From an uncultured Poribacteria bacterium (lineage in GTDB: Bacteria > Poribacteria > WGA-4E > WGA-3G), in contig OX638351.1 of assembly GCA_951813565.1 (NCBI GenBank), forward strand, positions 2,688,001 through 2,752,000: a stretch of DNA of 64,000 bases. Direction: 5' to 3'. Under the pieces are notes generated by a model that worked only from the letters and a program-made list of their open reading frames with translations, ran no database searches and was not told where the DNA came from. The translations under genes and the position numbers were made by a program. Of the stretch, positions 19,472 through 30,326 are shown piece by piece (positions within the stretch are counted from its first letter, which is position 1; each line of letters starts with the position of its first letter).

Positions 19472-20566
19472 CTACGAAATATCCGCGTGAAATCCGCCAA
19501 TCATTTCACGGATCTGCGTAGTATAGACATCATCACTCAAATCAGTATCAACAATCAGTGAAATCGCCCGTTGAAACCTCAACCGTGCATCTCCCCAAGC
19601 TTCCAATAGAATCTGACTTTCAGACGTTTCTGGTCTTGCAACCGCGTGTAAAATGCGATGCAGAATTGAGAGATAAAAAAGTAGTTGATGTGCATCAACA
19701 CGCGCAGCAACATCAGCAGTGGAACATTTTTCGCGATGTTGGACTACCCATTCTGCGTAGACATCAACCAATTCACGGTTCAATAAAGAAACAAAGTTTG
19801 CCTCTTCCTGGGACGCGCCAATACTATTAAAAAATTGCACTAACCTTCGTTCCTGCCAATCCCAACCAACACTCGCAAAATCAATGAAATATGGGAGTTC
19901 CCTGTCAAACACAATATTACGTGCTTGGTAATCAAGACCACCCAGAGTCGGCTGTGCTTCAAGCAGCCGATTTGAAAGAGAATCCCATGCTGTGTCAAGC
20001 TGCGCTACTTGTGGTGCGGTGAGCGGTATCTTACTCAGATGTTGCAGATAACTGACTGTTTTCCTGCCTTGTTTAAGTAGGTGTCGTAAGGTCTGCATGA
20101 GTTCAAAACGGAATACATAAGGTCTGAATTGTGTCTCGTTTTTTCTAAAGACTTCCTCAATATGACAGAATACAGAAAGGACAGTGTATAGATCAGGCAT
20201 GAGATTTGACACTGATTCAAGCTGTGCTAAAGAATCAAGTGTCTGCTCCCCACGCCATTCCAGTAACAACGCATGATGCTGTTCAGATTCCCAAATAATT
20301 CGCGGTACGAGACACCCACCCTTATAGAGTGTCGACAATGTGAACTGCTCAATCTGAAATGGTGTGAAACCCGATTTGGTAACTGGGGCGGTAATCTCGT
20401 GCTGTTTGAGTAGATAATTCTTCCTTCTGATTCTCAGGCGGCAGACGTTCTGCTTTTGTCGTTTACCGTGGTGAATCGATTGAACTGCAATCGCAGCTAA
20501 ATTGATTTGGAAATGTGCTGCTATTTGCTTAAGTAATTCTTGCATTTTGGACTCCAGATTTTGCAA
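19472..20566 (-). CDS. APH/choline kinase-like phosphotransferase
   Basis: LLKQ, LDYQARNI, IDF motifs; start uncertain (ATG 20545 possible). Confidence 0.65.
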   Translation of the reverse strand: MQNLESKMQELLKQIAAHFQINLAAIAVQSIHHGKRQKQNVCRLRIRRKNYLLKQHEITAPVTKSGFTPFQIEQFTLSTLYKGGCLVPRIIWESEQHHALLLEWRGEQTLDSLAQLESVSNLMPDLYTVLSVFCHIEEVFRKNETQFRPYVFRFELMQTLRHLLKQGRKTVSYLQHLSKIPLTAPQVAQLDTAWDSLSNRLLEAQPTLGGLDYQARNIVFDRELPYFIDFASVGWDWQERRLVQFFNSIGASQEEANFVSLLNRELVDVYAEWVVQHREKCSTADVAARVDAHQLLFYLSILHRILHAVARPETSESQILLEAWGDARLRFQRAISLIVDTDLSDDVYTTQIREMIGGFHADIS

Positions 20567-20661
20567 AATAGACGTTGTAGCAGTATTTAGGTTGAGAGTA
20601 GATTTGGAACGTCTCTAACAAAATTCACACCACGCAAATAGTTGCTAACGAAAGAAAAATG

Positions 20662-20690
20662 TTGCATGCCTGCTACAAACGTGGTATAAT
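20662..20690 (+). promoter_or_regulatory. Sigma70 promoter of the rpsB operon
   Basis: TTGCAT-N17-TATAAT with extended -10 TG. Confidence 0.75.
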
Positions 20691-20733
20691 TATTAAAATT
20701 TGATCACATGTATAAAATGGTATTACCAGAGAT

Positions 20734-20813
20734 ACACACCTCCAGATTTGCACGGCGGGTTCTCTCATTATGAGAGTCTGATGCAAATATGAAGGGGGTG
20801 GAAGTATAAACCC
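20734..20813 (+). promoter_or_regulatory. rpsB leader, probable S2 autoregulatory RNA structure
   Basis: ACACACC..GGGGGTG outer stem, ATTTGCA/TGCAAAT and CTCTCAT/ATGAGAG inner stems directly 5' of rpsB. Confidence 0.65.
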
Positions 20814-20855
20814 AATGAGGAGTCTTGCGGCTCCAGTAAACCCAGGAGGTTATTT

Positions 20856-21752
20856 TTGGCAGTTACAATGAAAGAACTCCTTGAATGCGGCGTTCACTTT
20901 GGTCACCAAACCAGACGCTGGAACCCGAAGATGGCAGAGTACATCTTCGCTGAACGGAACGGAATTTATATAATTGATTTACAGAAGACGTTGAGAATGC
21001 TTGAAACCGCGGTGGAATTTGTCCAAGGCGTTGCTGCAAGCGGCGGCACAGCACTTTTTGTAGGAACAAAACGACAATCTCAAGAAGCTGTTTTAGAGGA
21101 AGCAGTTCGATGTAGCATGTATTATGTCAATCACCGCTGGCTCGGCGGCATGTTGACAAACTTCCAAACAATCCGTCAAAGCATTAGCAGACTTGAAGAA
21201 CTTGACGCTGAAGAAACAAGTGGTGAATTTGAAAAACGTCCGAAAAAAGAGGTTATCCGGCTGATGCGAGAAAAAGGGAAATTGGCGAATAACCTCACTG
21301 GCATCAAAGATATGTCTATCCTCCCCGAAGTCGTTATTGTCACGGATACCCGAAAAGAACACACTGCTATTGCGGAAGCAAATAAACTCGGCATTCCGAT
21401 AATTGCAATAGTAGATACGAACTGTGATCCTGATCCGATTGATTTACCGATCCCAGGCAATGATGATGCTATCCGTTCAATTCGGTTAATTTGTGCTGTT
21501 TTAGCAGAGGCAGTAATTGAGGGCCGTGGCGATGCGTTAGAAGGCGAACAGACTGAAGAAGAAAAAATGCAGTCTGAAGAAAATCAGATTGATAAAGTTG
21601 CTGAAGCTGAACGACATGAGGAGCAAACAGCACAGATTTTAGATGCAGAGCAGCTTTCTGCTGAACCTGAAGCAATTGGTGATGGAGAACAACGGCAACC
21701 GCGTCAACCGCGTCCAAAAAGAAGAATAGGACGACCACGAAGGACCTCATAG
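20856..21752 (+). CDS. rpsB: 30S ribosomal protein S2
   Basis: [34 protein letters not shown] start after AGGAGG. Confidence 0.98.
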   Translation: MAVTMKELLECGVHFGHQTRRWNPKMAEYIFAERNGIYIIDLQKTLRMLETAVEFVQGVAASGGTALFVGTKRQSQEAVLEEAVRCSMYYVNHRWLGGMLTNFQTIRQSISRLEELDAEETSGEFEKRPKKEVIRLMREKGKLANNLTGIKDMSILPEVVIVTDTRKEHTAIAEANKLGIPIIAIVDTNCDPDPIDLPIPGNDDAIRSIRLICAVLAEAVIEGRGDALEGEQTEEEKMQSEENQIDKVAEAERHEEQTAQILDAEQLSAEPEAIGDGEQRQPRQPRPKRRIGRPRRTS

Positions 21753-21878
21753 TAGTTTCATACTCAGAAATTTTCAGAATGGTAGTTACAAACAACTAAA
21801 TACGAAACTATAGGTCTTTAACTTTAGTGTTCAAAATATGGTGGTTGAAAAACCATTTGAATCTAAACCGGAGGAAAT

Positions 21879-22472
21879 ATGGCAATTACAGCAAAAATGG
21901 TCAGTGAACTACGTTCACGTACTGGTGCCGGAATTATGGACTGCAAAAAAGCGTTAGCAGAAACGGATGGAGATATAGACGCTGCGATTAAGAAATTGCG
22001 CGAGCAAGGCTTGCGCGCTTCTGAAATCAAAGGTGGTCGTGCAACTGAAGAAGGGCTTGTTATCTCTTACATCCATCCAGGGAACCGCATTGGGACTTTA
22101 GTTGAATTAAATTGCGAAACCGACTTCGTTGCTCGGACAGAGCAGTTTCAAAAATTAGCAACTGAGATCGCAATGCAAGTCGCCGCTGCAAAACCCCGAT
22201 ATGTCAGCGAAGATGATGTTCCCGCCGGTGAACTTGATGCTGAAAAAGCAATTTTGAAAACGCAGGCACTACAAGAGGGTAAACCTGACCATATTGTTGA
22301 TAAAATTGTTGAAGGACGGCTTTCTAAATTTTACTCGGAAGCGTGTCTACTAAAACAACCGTACATTCGCGATGCCGATAAAACTATTGAGGATCTTGTC
22401 AAAGATGCGATCGCGCAACTCGGTGAAAACATCGTTGTAAAACGTTTTGTGCTCTACGTCCTCGGACAGTAA
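21879..22472 (+). CDS. tsf: Elongation factor Ts (short form)
   Basis: LRSRTGAGIMDCKKAL, NCETDFVA. Confidence 0.98.
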   Translation: MAITAKMVSELRSRTGAGIMDCKKALAETDGDIDAAIKKLREQGLRASEIKGGRATEEGLVISYIHPGNRIGTLVELNCETDFVARTEQFQKLATEIAMQVAAAKPRYVSEDDVPAGELDAEKAILKTQALQEGKPDHIVDKIVEGRLSKFYSEACLLKQPYIRDADKTIEDLVKDAIAQLGENIVVKRFVLYVLGQ

Positions 22473-22535
22473 AACCATTACAGACAAGACACCTTACATC
22501 GGAATCAGCGAAACAGAAAGGAAAAGGGAATTCAG

Positions 22536-23123
22536 ATGCAAGAAGTACTGAAAAATGCTGAATCACGAATGAAGAAAACGGTCGAGTCGACAGCAACAAA
22601 GTTGTCACATGTCCAAACAGGTCGTGCTACTACGGCGTTGTTAGACCAAGTTACGATCAATTACTACGGTAGTAAAACCCCATTAAATCAGGTCGGGACA
22701 ATTACCACACCGGAACCACATCAGCTCGTTATTCAGCCTTGGGATAAAACGTTAATTACAGAAATAGAAAAAGCAATCGCACATTCTGATTTAGGACTTG
22801 CCACAAGCAACGATGGTAGCATTGTTCGAGTCCAAGTGCCAGAATTGACAACCGAAAGACGCGTTGAACTCACGAAATTAGTAAAAAAATTAGCTGAAGA
22901 AGGCAGAGTCGCTATTCGGAATATACGCCGCGATGCAAACGATGCCATTCGCAAACTTGAAGGCGGTGATGCGGGTTCAGGCAGCCGAAGAAGCAAAGGC
23001 AGAGGCGGTGATAAAAAAGGTGGACGCAGTGATGCTGACCCGATCCAGAAGTTAACCGATATCTACGTTAACCAAATTAACGATTTAGCTGATGCAAAAG
23101 AATCTGAACTGTTAGAGAACTAA
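22536..23123 (+). CDS. frr: Ribosome recycling factor
   Basis: TGRA, YYGSKTPLNQV, IQPWD, RNIRRDAN, IQKLTD. Confidence 0.95.
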   Translation: MQEVLKNAESRMKKTVESTATKLSHVQTGRATTALLDQVTINYYGSKTPLNQVGTITTPEPHQLVIQPWDKTLITEIEKAIAHSDLGLATSNDGSIVRVQVPELTTERRVELTKLVKKLAEEGRVAIRNIRRDANDAIRKLEGGDAGSGSRRSKGRGGDKKGGRSDADPIQKLTDIYVNQINDLADAKESELLEN

Positions 23124-23125
23124 TT

Positions 23126-23959
23126 ATGTTTTGGCGGCGAACTCTGAGCGTTGTTGTACTGGTTCCGCTTATCCTGCTGCTTATCTATTTGGGAAGTTGG
23201 TTTTATCTGCTCCTCATCACCGCCGCGGTTCTAATGATGCAAGTTGAGTACTGTAGGTTAGCGGGTAATTTCGGGGGGAAGTTGAATCCTATTATCCCTA
23301 CGATTTTAACGGTGGCATTCTGTTTGTTCGCGTTTTTCCTACCTACACCGATAGAAAATGCAAACACCTCGCTCTTAATGTTCAGTTTCTTTATCGTTGT
23401 GTTTATCTATGCTTTTGCATCAAGCATATACCGAGGAAAAGTTGCAGGCGAGTTACTTGCCGTCACTTTAAAACTTACAGGTATCCTTACAATTGGATGG
23501 GCATTCGGTTACCACTGTATCTTGTTAAGAAAAGCAGATGCTGTGGGCATGCAGCTTATTTTCTTGCTAATTGGAACAATTTGGTGTAGTGATACTGGTG
23601 CTTATCTAATCGGTAGAGCTGTCGGCAAACATAAACTCAGCACACCAATCAGTCCTCGTAAAACAGTTGAAGGCACTATTGCAGGTTTAGTCGTGGGAAC
23701 CTTGATCAGCATAGGATTTGGTGCGATCTTCTTATCTGAAACCCTTTCATTGGCAAACGCAGCTTTTATAGGATTACTATTGAGTATTTTGGGACAACTT
23801 GGTGATTTGAGCGTATCGCTGATGAAACGCACCGCTGGCGTCAAAGACTCCGGCGATTTCATACCTGGACACGGTGGCTTTCTTGATAGGTGTGATAGCT
23901 TAATTTTTAGCGCACCTATCCTTTATTATTATCTCGCATTAACGGGGACTCTTACATAA
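23126..23959 (+). CDS. cdsA: Phosphatidate cytidylyltransferase
   Basis: DTGAY, ISPRKTVEG, KDSG.IPGHGGFLDR.D. Confidence 0.95.
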   Translation: MFWRRTLSVVVLVPLILLLIYLGSWFYLLLITAAVLMMQVEYCRLAGNFGGKLNPIIPTILTVAFCLFAFFLPTPIENANTSLLMFSFFIVVFIYAFASSIYRGKVAGELLAVTLKLTGILTIGWAFGYHCILLRKADAVGMQLIFLLIGTIWCSDTGAYLIGRAVGKHKLSTPISPRKTVEGTIAGLVVGTLISIGFGAIFLSETLSLANAAFIGLLLSILGQLGDLSVSLMKRTAGVKDSGDFIPGHGGFLDRCDSLIFSAPILYYYLALTGTLT

Positions 23960-24088
23960 GTCCGCTCAAAGCAGATTTTGTTTGCTTGTCTCACCCATCT
24001 TCACAGTAAAGGTCGGCAACACGGACAAAAATGTGGATCCCCAATAAAAAAGGCGTGTGCTACGGCACTGCCACCACAGTCAATACAT

Positions 24089-25255
24089 ATGAAGCACATC
24101 GCCATTTTGGGTAGTACCGGTTCTATTGGGAAAAATGCACTTAATGTTGTTGAAACACATCGCGAAGAATTTAAGGTTGTCGCGCTCGCCGCAAACAAGG
24201 ATGTTGACACACTTGAACACCAAATCCGCCAGTTTCATCCAAGGTTAGCAGCGCTTAATGAACCAGATGCAGCTGCTCGTCTTCGTGAACGTCTTCATGA
24301 TCTCAACAGCACTGAAATCCTTTCTGGCACTGAAGGGATTCAAGCCGTAGCAACTATTCAAGAAGCGGACCAGGTCTTGGACGGAATGGGTGGAAGCGCA
24401 GGTTTGTTACCCACACTATCTGCCATCAACGCGGGGAAAGACATTGCCTTTGTGAACAAAGAGGTGATGGTGATGTGTGGTCCCATAGTGATGGACGCAG
24501 TTCAAAAAAACAGGGTGAACTTAATACCTATAGATGGCGAAATGAGTGCCATCTTTCAATGTTTAGAAGGAGCACGAGACAGGCAAGTTGACATTCATCG
24601 GTTGATATTAACTGCTTCAGGTGGACCGTTTCGTGATACGCCAAAAGATAAACTTTACACAGTAACACTGCAACAGGCGCTTCGTCATCCCAATTGGGAT
24701 ATGGGAGCGAAAATTACGATTGATTCTGCTACCATGATGAACAAGGGACTGGAAGTTATTGAAGCCAAGTGGTTGTTTGATATTGAACTTGATAAAATTG
24801 ACATTGTTATCCACCGAGAAAGTATCGTTCATTCTATGGTTGAATGGACAGACGGCTCAACACTTGCCCAATTGGGCCCTACGGATATGCGAATTATGAT
24901 TCAATACGCTTTAACATACCCGAACAGGTTTTCAACACCGGTACCACGGTTAGACTTATGTGAATCTCGGACGCTGCATTTTGAACCGGTTGATAAAGAT
25001 AAGTTTCCATGTATCTCACTTGCCTACACGGCTGCAGAAGTAGGCGGCACACTTCCTGTGGTATTGAGCAGTGCGGATGAAGTTGTGGTAGACGCTTTTC
25101 TTGAGGAACGGATCGGATTTATGGAAATTCCTGCTATTTTAGAATGTGTTATGGACAAACATGTTGTGATTGCTGATCCTTCACTTGAGGACGTTCTTGA
25201 AGTTGACCAATGGGCAAAATCCACTACCCGTTCAGTCATAAAAGACAAAAGATAA
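24089..25255 (+). CDS. dxr: 1-deoxy-D-xylulose-5-phosphate reductoisomerase
   Basis: ILGSTGSIG, TASGGPF, HPNWDMGAKITIDSATMMNKGLE. Confidence 0.97.
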   Translation: MKHIAILGSTGSIGKNALNVVETHREEFKVVALAANKDVDTLEHQIRQFHPRLAALNEPDAAARLRERLHDLNSTEILSGTEGIQAVATIQEADQVLDGMGGSAGLLPTLSAINAGKDIAFVNKEVMVMCGPIVMDAVQKNRVNLIPIDGEMSAIFQCLEGARDRQVDIHRLILTASGGPFRDTPKDKLYTVTLQQALRHPNWDMGAKITIDSATMMNKGLEVIEAKWLFDIELDKIDIVIHRESIVHSMVEWTDGSTLAQLGPTDMRIMIQYALTYPNRFSTPVPRLDLCESRTLHFEPVDKDKFPCISLAYTAAEVGGTLPVVLSSADEVVVDAFLEERIGFMEIPAILECVMDKHVVIADPSLEDVLEVDQWAKSTTRSVIKDKR

Positions 25256-25317
25256 ATCACATTGTTTCAAATACTGAAATAAATACCAAATTTTGCAATC
25301 ATAAATAGGAGATAATA

Positions 25318-27000
25318 ATGGAATTTTTTGAACCAATTCTCGCAATTATTCCGGGCATCAAAGCAGTACTTCTTGCAATTATTGCGCTCGGTTTTCTTAT
25401 TTTTATTCATGAACTCGGACACTTTCTCGCTGCAAAACGGGCGGGGATTAAGGTAAACACTTTCTCGATCGGTTTTGGTCCAAGAATTGTTGGGTTTAAA
25501 CGAGGAGAAACAGAATATAAAATCTCTTGGTTGCCGTTTGGTGGGTATGTACAAATGGAAGGTGAAAATCCAAGTGAACAGACAGGTGCTGAAGGCGAAT
25601 TCGCAAGTGCTTCGCTCGGTAAGCGTGCATTTGTTGTTATCGCCGGTCCTGCTGTGAATCTTTTGTTTGGTTTATTGGCATATTGGTTTGTCTTCGGTGT
25701 TGGTCTTAACGCTGATGCTGTCAGGTTTTACAACGTATTTACGGGGCAATCTATTGACAAAACTCAAGAGGGTGTTCAGATAGGTTGGTTCGCTGATGAT
25801 GGTCCCGCTGCTGTCGGAGGTGTGATGTCTGGAGACACAATTGTTTCAGTAAATGGGTACCGAATTTCAAATTGGGCAACTTTCAGCCAGGAAATTCAAC
25901 TTAACCCTGAAAAGGAATTGGAACTTGTTGTGCAACGAGATGGAAATCTGAAAACCCTCATTGTAGTGCCTGAAGCAGTATCTAATCCAAGAGGTGAATA
26001 CGGCAGGCTTAATGTGCTGAAACAAGACGATGTCATCGTGGCAGAAATTGATGAGGGAAGTTTGGCTGCGCAAGAAGGCATCAAAGTAGGGGATCAAATT
26101 GATACCATCAACGGAGAGAAAATATATAGCGTTCCATATTTTGTACCAGGAATTTGGCAACCTGAATCTGATTGGCTTATAAAAAAATACCAAACTATTT
26201 ATGAAAATATTAATCAGAATAGAGATTCACTTAATCTTGGGATTCGACGTGGTGATGATACACTTTCCTTTCAACTTCCTGTGCAATTGCAAATGAAGGT
26301 AGATGTTGAGAAAAATAGCACCGCACAAAAGGCGGGTATAAAAACGGGGGATATCCTTGCCACTTTTAATGGAAAAGTGGTTGATAGTAAATCCCTTCAT
26401 TCTGAACTAAAAGCAATAGGGGATAATTCGGTAACGCTTGGATTAATACGAGAGGGAGTTGAAAAAACAGTAACGCTTTCGCCTGCAGACGTTACAAAAC
26501 CTGACGTAGAAGGAACTTTTTACGGGTTAAAATGGAACCCCTCTCTGAGTGGTATGATACTAAATGCCCCAGAAATACCGACGCAAAAGTATAACTTATT
26601 CTCTGCATTTGGAAAAGGACTTGAAACCACTTGGCTTACGTGTACAGCTATCACTCGAATCCTAAAACGGTTACTCAACGGAGAAGTGTCACCGAATCAA
26701 CTTTCGGGACCGATCGGTATTGTACATATTACTAGTGAGACAGCAAAGGTCGGCTTAACCAGTGTTCTGTTTTTCATTGGGTTTATCAGTATTAATCTCG
26801 CTATCGTTAATTTACTACCAATTCCAATTGCTGATGGTGGACATCTCCTCTTTTTTGCTATGGAGAAAATCCGTGGACGACCTGTACCACGGAAAGCGCA
26901 GGAAATCATTCAACAAGTCAGCTTTATCCTTCTCATTGCATTTTTTCTATATATCACCTGGTTTGATAGCTTAACCTTGTTTCATGGCCTGCGCAACTGA
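25318..27000 (+). CDS. rseP: RIP metalloprotease RseP with several PDZ domains
   Basis: HELGH, PFGGYV, AGP..N, SGPIGI, NLLPIP..DGG. Confidence 0.93.
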   Translation: MEFFEPILAIIPGIKAVLLAIIALGFLIFIHELGHFLAAKRAGIKVNTFSIGFGPRIVGFKRGETEYKISWLPFGGYVQMEGENPSEQTGAEGEFASASLGKRAFVVIAGPAVNLLFGLLAYWFVFGVGLNADAVRFYNVFTGQSIDKTQEGVQIGWFADDGPAAVGGVMSGDTIVSVNGYRISNWATFSQEIQLNPEKELELVVQRDGNLKTLIVVPEAVSNPRGEYGRLNVLKQDDVIVAEIDEGSLAAQEGIKVGDQIDTINGEKIYSVPYFVPGIWQPESDWLIKKYQTIYENINQNRDSLNLGIRRGDDTLSFQLPVQLQMKVDVEKNSTAQKAGIKTGDILATFNGKVVDSKSLHSELKAIGDNSVTLGLIREGVEKTVTLSPADVTKPDVEGTFYGLKWNPSLSGMILNAPEIPTQKYNLFSAFGKGLETTWLTCTAITRILKRLLNGEVSPNQLSGPIGIVHITSETAKVGLTSVLFFIGFISINLAIVNLLPIPIADGGHLLFFAMEKIRGRPVPRKAQEIIQQVSFILLIAFFLYITWFDSLTLFHGLRN

Positions 27001-27019
27001 TAGACGTATAAGGGAAAAA

Positions 27020-27724
27020 ATGGATAGAGATCACCTCAGAGAAGAATATCTACAACTTGTTGCAACTGTGAGGGAACACGTGGCAGAACAACTTCAACTC
27101 GGTTTGTTTGAAACAGAAAAAAATGAAACTGAACCAGAATCTAAATTCGCTGGCTTAGACTTATCTGCCTTAGATGCGGATGCGCGAGGTTGTACCAAAT
27201 GTGGATTACATGAAGGACGAAATACCGTCGTTTTTGGCGTAGGAAACCCGGATGCTGATCTGATGTTTATCGGCGAAGCACCCGGTGCCGATGAAGACAA
27301 GCAAGGTGAACCTTTTGTCGGCAGAGCGGGGCAATTGCTCACAAAAATCATTGAGGCGATGAAATTAGCTCGTAATGATGTCTACATTGCTAACGTTCTT
27401 AAATGTCGTCCCCCTGGCAACAGAAACCCCAAACCAGATGAGGTTGAAACATGCAGCCCCTACCTAATACGACAAATAGAGCTAATTCAACCAAAGGTCA
27501 TTGTAGCGCTTGGTAGTTTTGCAGCTAAGATGTTGCTTGATACGAAAACAGGGATTACGGCACTCCGCGGGCAATTCCATGAGTATGCTCTCGCCCAACA
27601 GAGCGATAGTCCACCTGTCATTATGCCGACCTATCATCCAGCATACTTGCTCCGAAATCCAAACGCGAAGCGCGAAGTTTGGGAAGATATGCAACAGGTG
27701 ATGGAACTTTTAAATAAAAATTGA
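27020..27724 (+). CDS. Uracil-DNA glycosylase, family 4
   Basis: [25 protein letters not shown]. Confidence 0.93.
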   Translation: MDRDHLREEYLQLVATVREHVAEQLQLGLFETEKNETEPESKFAGLDLSALDADARGCTKCGLHEGRNTVVFGVGNPDADLMFIGEAPGADEDKQGEPFVGRAGQLLTKIIEAMKLARNDVYIANVLKCRPPGNRNPKPDEVETCSPYLIRQIELIQPKVIVALGSFAAKMLLDTKTGITALRGQFHEYALAQQSDSPPVIMPTYHPAYLLRNPNAKREVWEDMQQVMELLNKN

Positions 27725-27748
27725 TATGTCCTCTGACACGTAAACCAA

Positions 27749-30253
27749 ATGAGTTACGCCAACGTCGCTTTTCCTATATCAGTCAACCAACTTTTTACTT
27801 ATTCCGTTCCGCAACATCTGGATGCGGTTGTGCAGCCGGGTGTCCGTGTATTAGCCTCTTTCCACCAGAGTAATCAGGAAGGGGTTGTTGTTGAACGTGT
27901 AGATGAAACCGATGTGGAATCTGAAAAACTCAAGAAAATCTCAGATTGTCTTGATGCGGAACCAACATATTCCGAAGAACTACTCGAACTCACCAAATGG
28001 ATGGCAGACTACTACCTATCATCGTGGGGAAACGCGCTTTTTTGTGCTGTTCCAGGAGTTGTGCGAAACCAAAAACAACAACTTATACAACTGCGGTCTG
28101 AATATATTGCCCCCACAGGAAAAGTCCAAAAACAGATAGTTACACTTTTGGAAACGGAAGGCGCTCTCTCTCCACATCAACTTGCACATCATATTAACAG
28201 GAGTCCCGCAAAACTCCGCCCTCAAATTACAGCACTTCAAAAAAATGGTGTTGTTGATGTTAAAGTTACCCACAAACCAAAAGCGACTGCTCAGTTTACC
28301 AATGTTACCTCTTTAGCGTTACCACCTGCTGATATTGCGGCTGAGATTGCTGCATTAACATCCGGCGAAGATGGGTATGGAAGCTCAACTCATCAGGACG
28401 CCAAACGTATCCCACATGCAGCTGCTGTTAAACATGCTGAAATCCTACAAATCTTGCTGGACGAAGATATACCAGTAGCCACATCTCAATTGACAAAACG
28501 GGTAAAGACAAGCGATTCACTCCTTCGTACACTTGAAAGGCGTGGATTCATTAAAATTACGCGCGCCGCAGCAGTACGCAACCCATTGAGTGCCCAACCT
28601 GTCCCGCCTACTCAACCACTCCCTTTAAATCCAGCACAATCTGCTGCATTCAGAGAACTTCAATCCGAAAACCGTTCAAATCAGACTTTCTTACTTCACG
28701 GCGTAACGGGTAGTGGCAAAACCGAAGTATATATGCAGGCAATGGCACAAATACTTGACAGTGGCAAATCGGTTATCGTCCTTGTACCAGAGATTTCTCT
28801 TACACCGCAAACCGCATCACGGTTCATCGGACGTTTCGGAGACCGTGTGGCTGTGCTTCACAGTCGTCTCAGCGACGGCGAACGTTTTGACCAGTGGCAC
28901 CGCATCCAAAAAGGGGATGCTGATATTGTCATTGGACCCCGTTCTGCTGTTTTCGCACCGGTCAAGGAACTCGGTTTACTGATTATTGATGAAGAACATT
29001 CAGATTCCTACAAATCAGATACAGCACCACGTTACCATGCCAGAGAAGTAGCGCAAAAACGTACCGAACTTGCCAACTGTCCATTAATACTCGGCAGTGC
29101 AACGCCTTCTCTTGAAAGTTTTTTTCATGCACAGAAAGGCACATACAAACTCCTTAGCCTTCCTTCCCGTATCTTGGACCGAAAAATGCCTGAAGTTCAC
29201 ATCATTGATATGCGAAATGAGTTAAAAAAAGGGAATCGCACAATCTTTTCCGAACGTCTTAGAAGTGCAATTGCTGACCGACTCAAAAAACGTGAGCAAA
29301 TTATCCTATTTCTTAATAGGCGCGGGCATTCAAAATATGTTTTCTGTCGGACTTGTGGTTATGCAGAAAAGTGTGAAAACTGCTCCATTTCATTGACATT
29401 CCACTTCGAAACAAAAAAGTTGGTTTGTCATCATTGCGGTCATAAACGCGATACGCACCCCACATGCCCAGATTGTGGCAGCCCTGCAATTGACTATTTC
29501 GGACGTAGAGGGTTCGGCACTGAAACCGTAGAACGAGAAGTACAAAAAGCGTTTCCAACAGCAAACATCAAGAGATTTGATGCTGATTCTACGGCAAAGA
29601 AAAACGCACATCAGCATATTTTAGAGGATTTCCAACATCAGAAAATTGATATATTAATAGGCACTCAGATGGTGGCAAAAGGCTTAGATTTTCCAAACGT
29701 GACGCTTGTTGGCGTCATTGTAGCGGACACAGCCTTAAATCTACCCGATTTCCGAGCGGGGGAACATACATTTAGTTTGCTCACGCAAGTTGCTGGACGT
29801 TCGGGCCGTGCCGAAGTCGCAGGTGAGGTTATTATACAAACCTATATGCCAGATCACTATTGCATTTCAGCCGCACAGACGCACGACTATGTCGGTTTTT
29901 ATGAACAAGAGGTTGAAGCACGAAGTGTCTTTGAGTATCCGCCTTTTTCACACGTCGCCACGCTTTTACTACGAGGCAAAAATGAGAATGAAGTAATTGA
30001 TGCTGCGAACACTGTGAGTGGTCATCTAAAAATCTGGCAAACCGACGAGTTTCCAGAGGTAATAATTTTAGGACCTGCCCCCGCACCACTCTCAAAAATT
30101 GATGGAAAGTTTAGGTGGCGTTTCCTACTCCGAAGTAAGAATGTGGAAAAAATCTCTCAACTCCTTCAATGCTTAAATGATGATCTGCCACCAGCAATAA
30201 AATCAAACGCTGTTGAATGTGTTATAGATATTGATCCAACCAATACGTTGTAA
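27749..30253 (+). CDS. priA: Primosomal protein N'
   Basis: GVTGSGKTEVY, DEEH, four CxxC, KGLDFPNV, QVAGRSGR. Confidence 0.97.
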   Translation: MSYANVAFPISVNQLFTYSVPQHLDAVVQPGVRVLASFHQSNQEGVVVERVDETDVESEKLKKISDCLDAEPTYSEELLELTKWMADYYLSSWGNALFCAVPGVVRNQKQQLIQLRSEYIAPTGKVQKQIVTLLETEGALSPHQLAHHINRSPAKLRPQITALQKNGVVDVKVTHKPKATAQFTNVTSLALPPADIAAEIAALTSGEDGYGSSTHQDAKRIPHAAAVKHAEILQILLDEDIPVATSQLTKRVKTSDSLLRTLERRGFIKITRAAAVRNPLSAQPVPPTQPLPLNPAQSAAFRELQSENRSNQTFLLHGVTGSGKTEVYMQAMAQILDSGKSVIVLVPEISLTPQTASRFIGRFGDRVAVLHSRLSDGERFDQWHRIQKGDADIVIGPRSAVFAPVKELGLLIIDEEHSDSYKSDTAPRYHAREVAQKRTELANCPLILGSATPSLESFFHAQKGTYKLLSLPSRILDRKMPEVHIIDMRNELKKGNRTIFSERLRSAIADRLKKREQIILFLNRRGHSKYVFCRTCGYAEKCENCSISLTFHFETKKLVCHHCGHKRDTHPTCPDCGSPAIDYFGRRGFGTETVEREVQKAFPTANIKRFDADSTAKKNAHQHILEDFQHQKIDILIGTQMVAKGLDFPNVTLVGVIVADTALNLPDFRAGEHTFSLLTQVAGRSGRAEVAGEVIIQTYMPDHYCISAAQTHDYVGFYEQEVEARSVFEYPPFSHVATLLLRGKNENEVIDAANTVSGHLKIWQTDEFPEVIILGPAPAPLSKIDGKFRWRFLLRSKNVEKISQLLQCLNDDLPPAIKSNAVECVIDIDPTNTL

Positions 30254-30326
30254 TACTAAATTAACTTGGTGTATAGGGAAATCACGCAGAATCACCCTAC
30301 ACTTATTTTAAAGGAATTAATCATAT

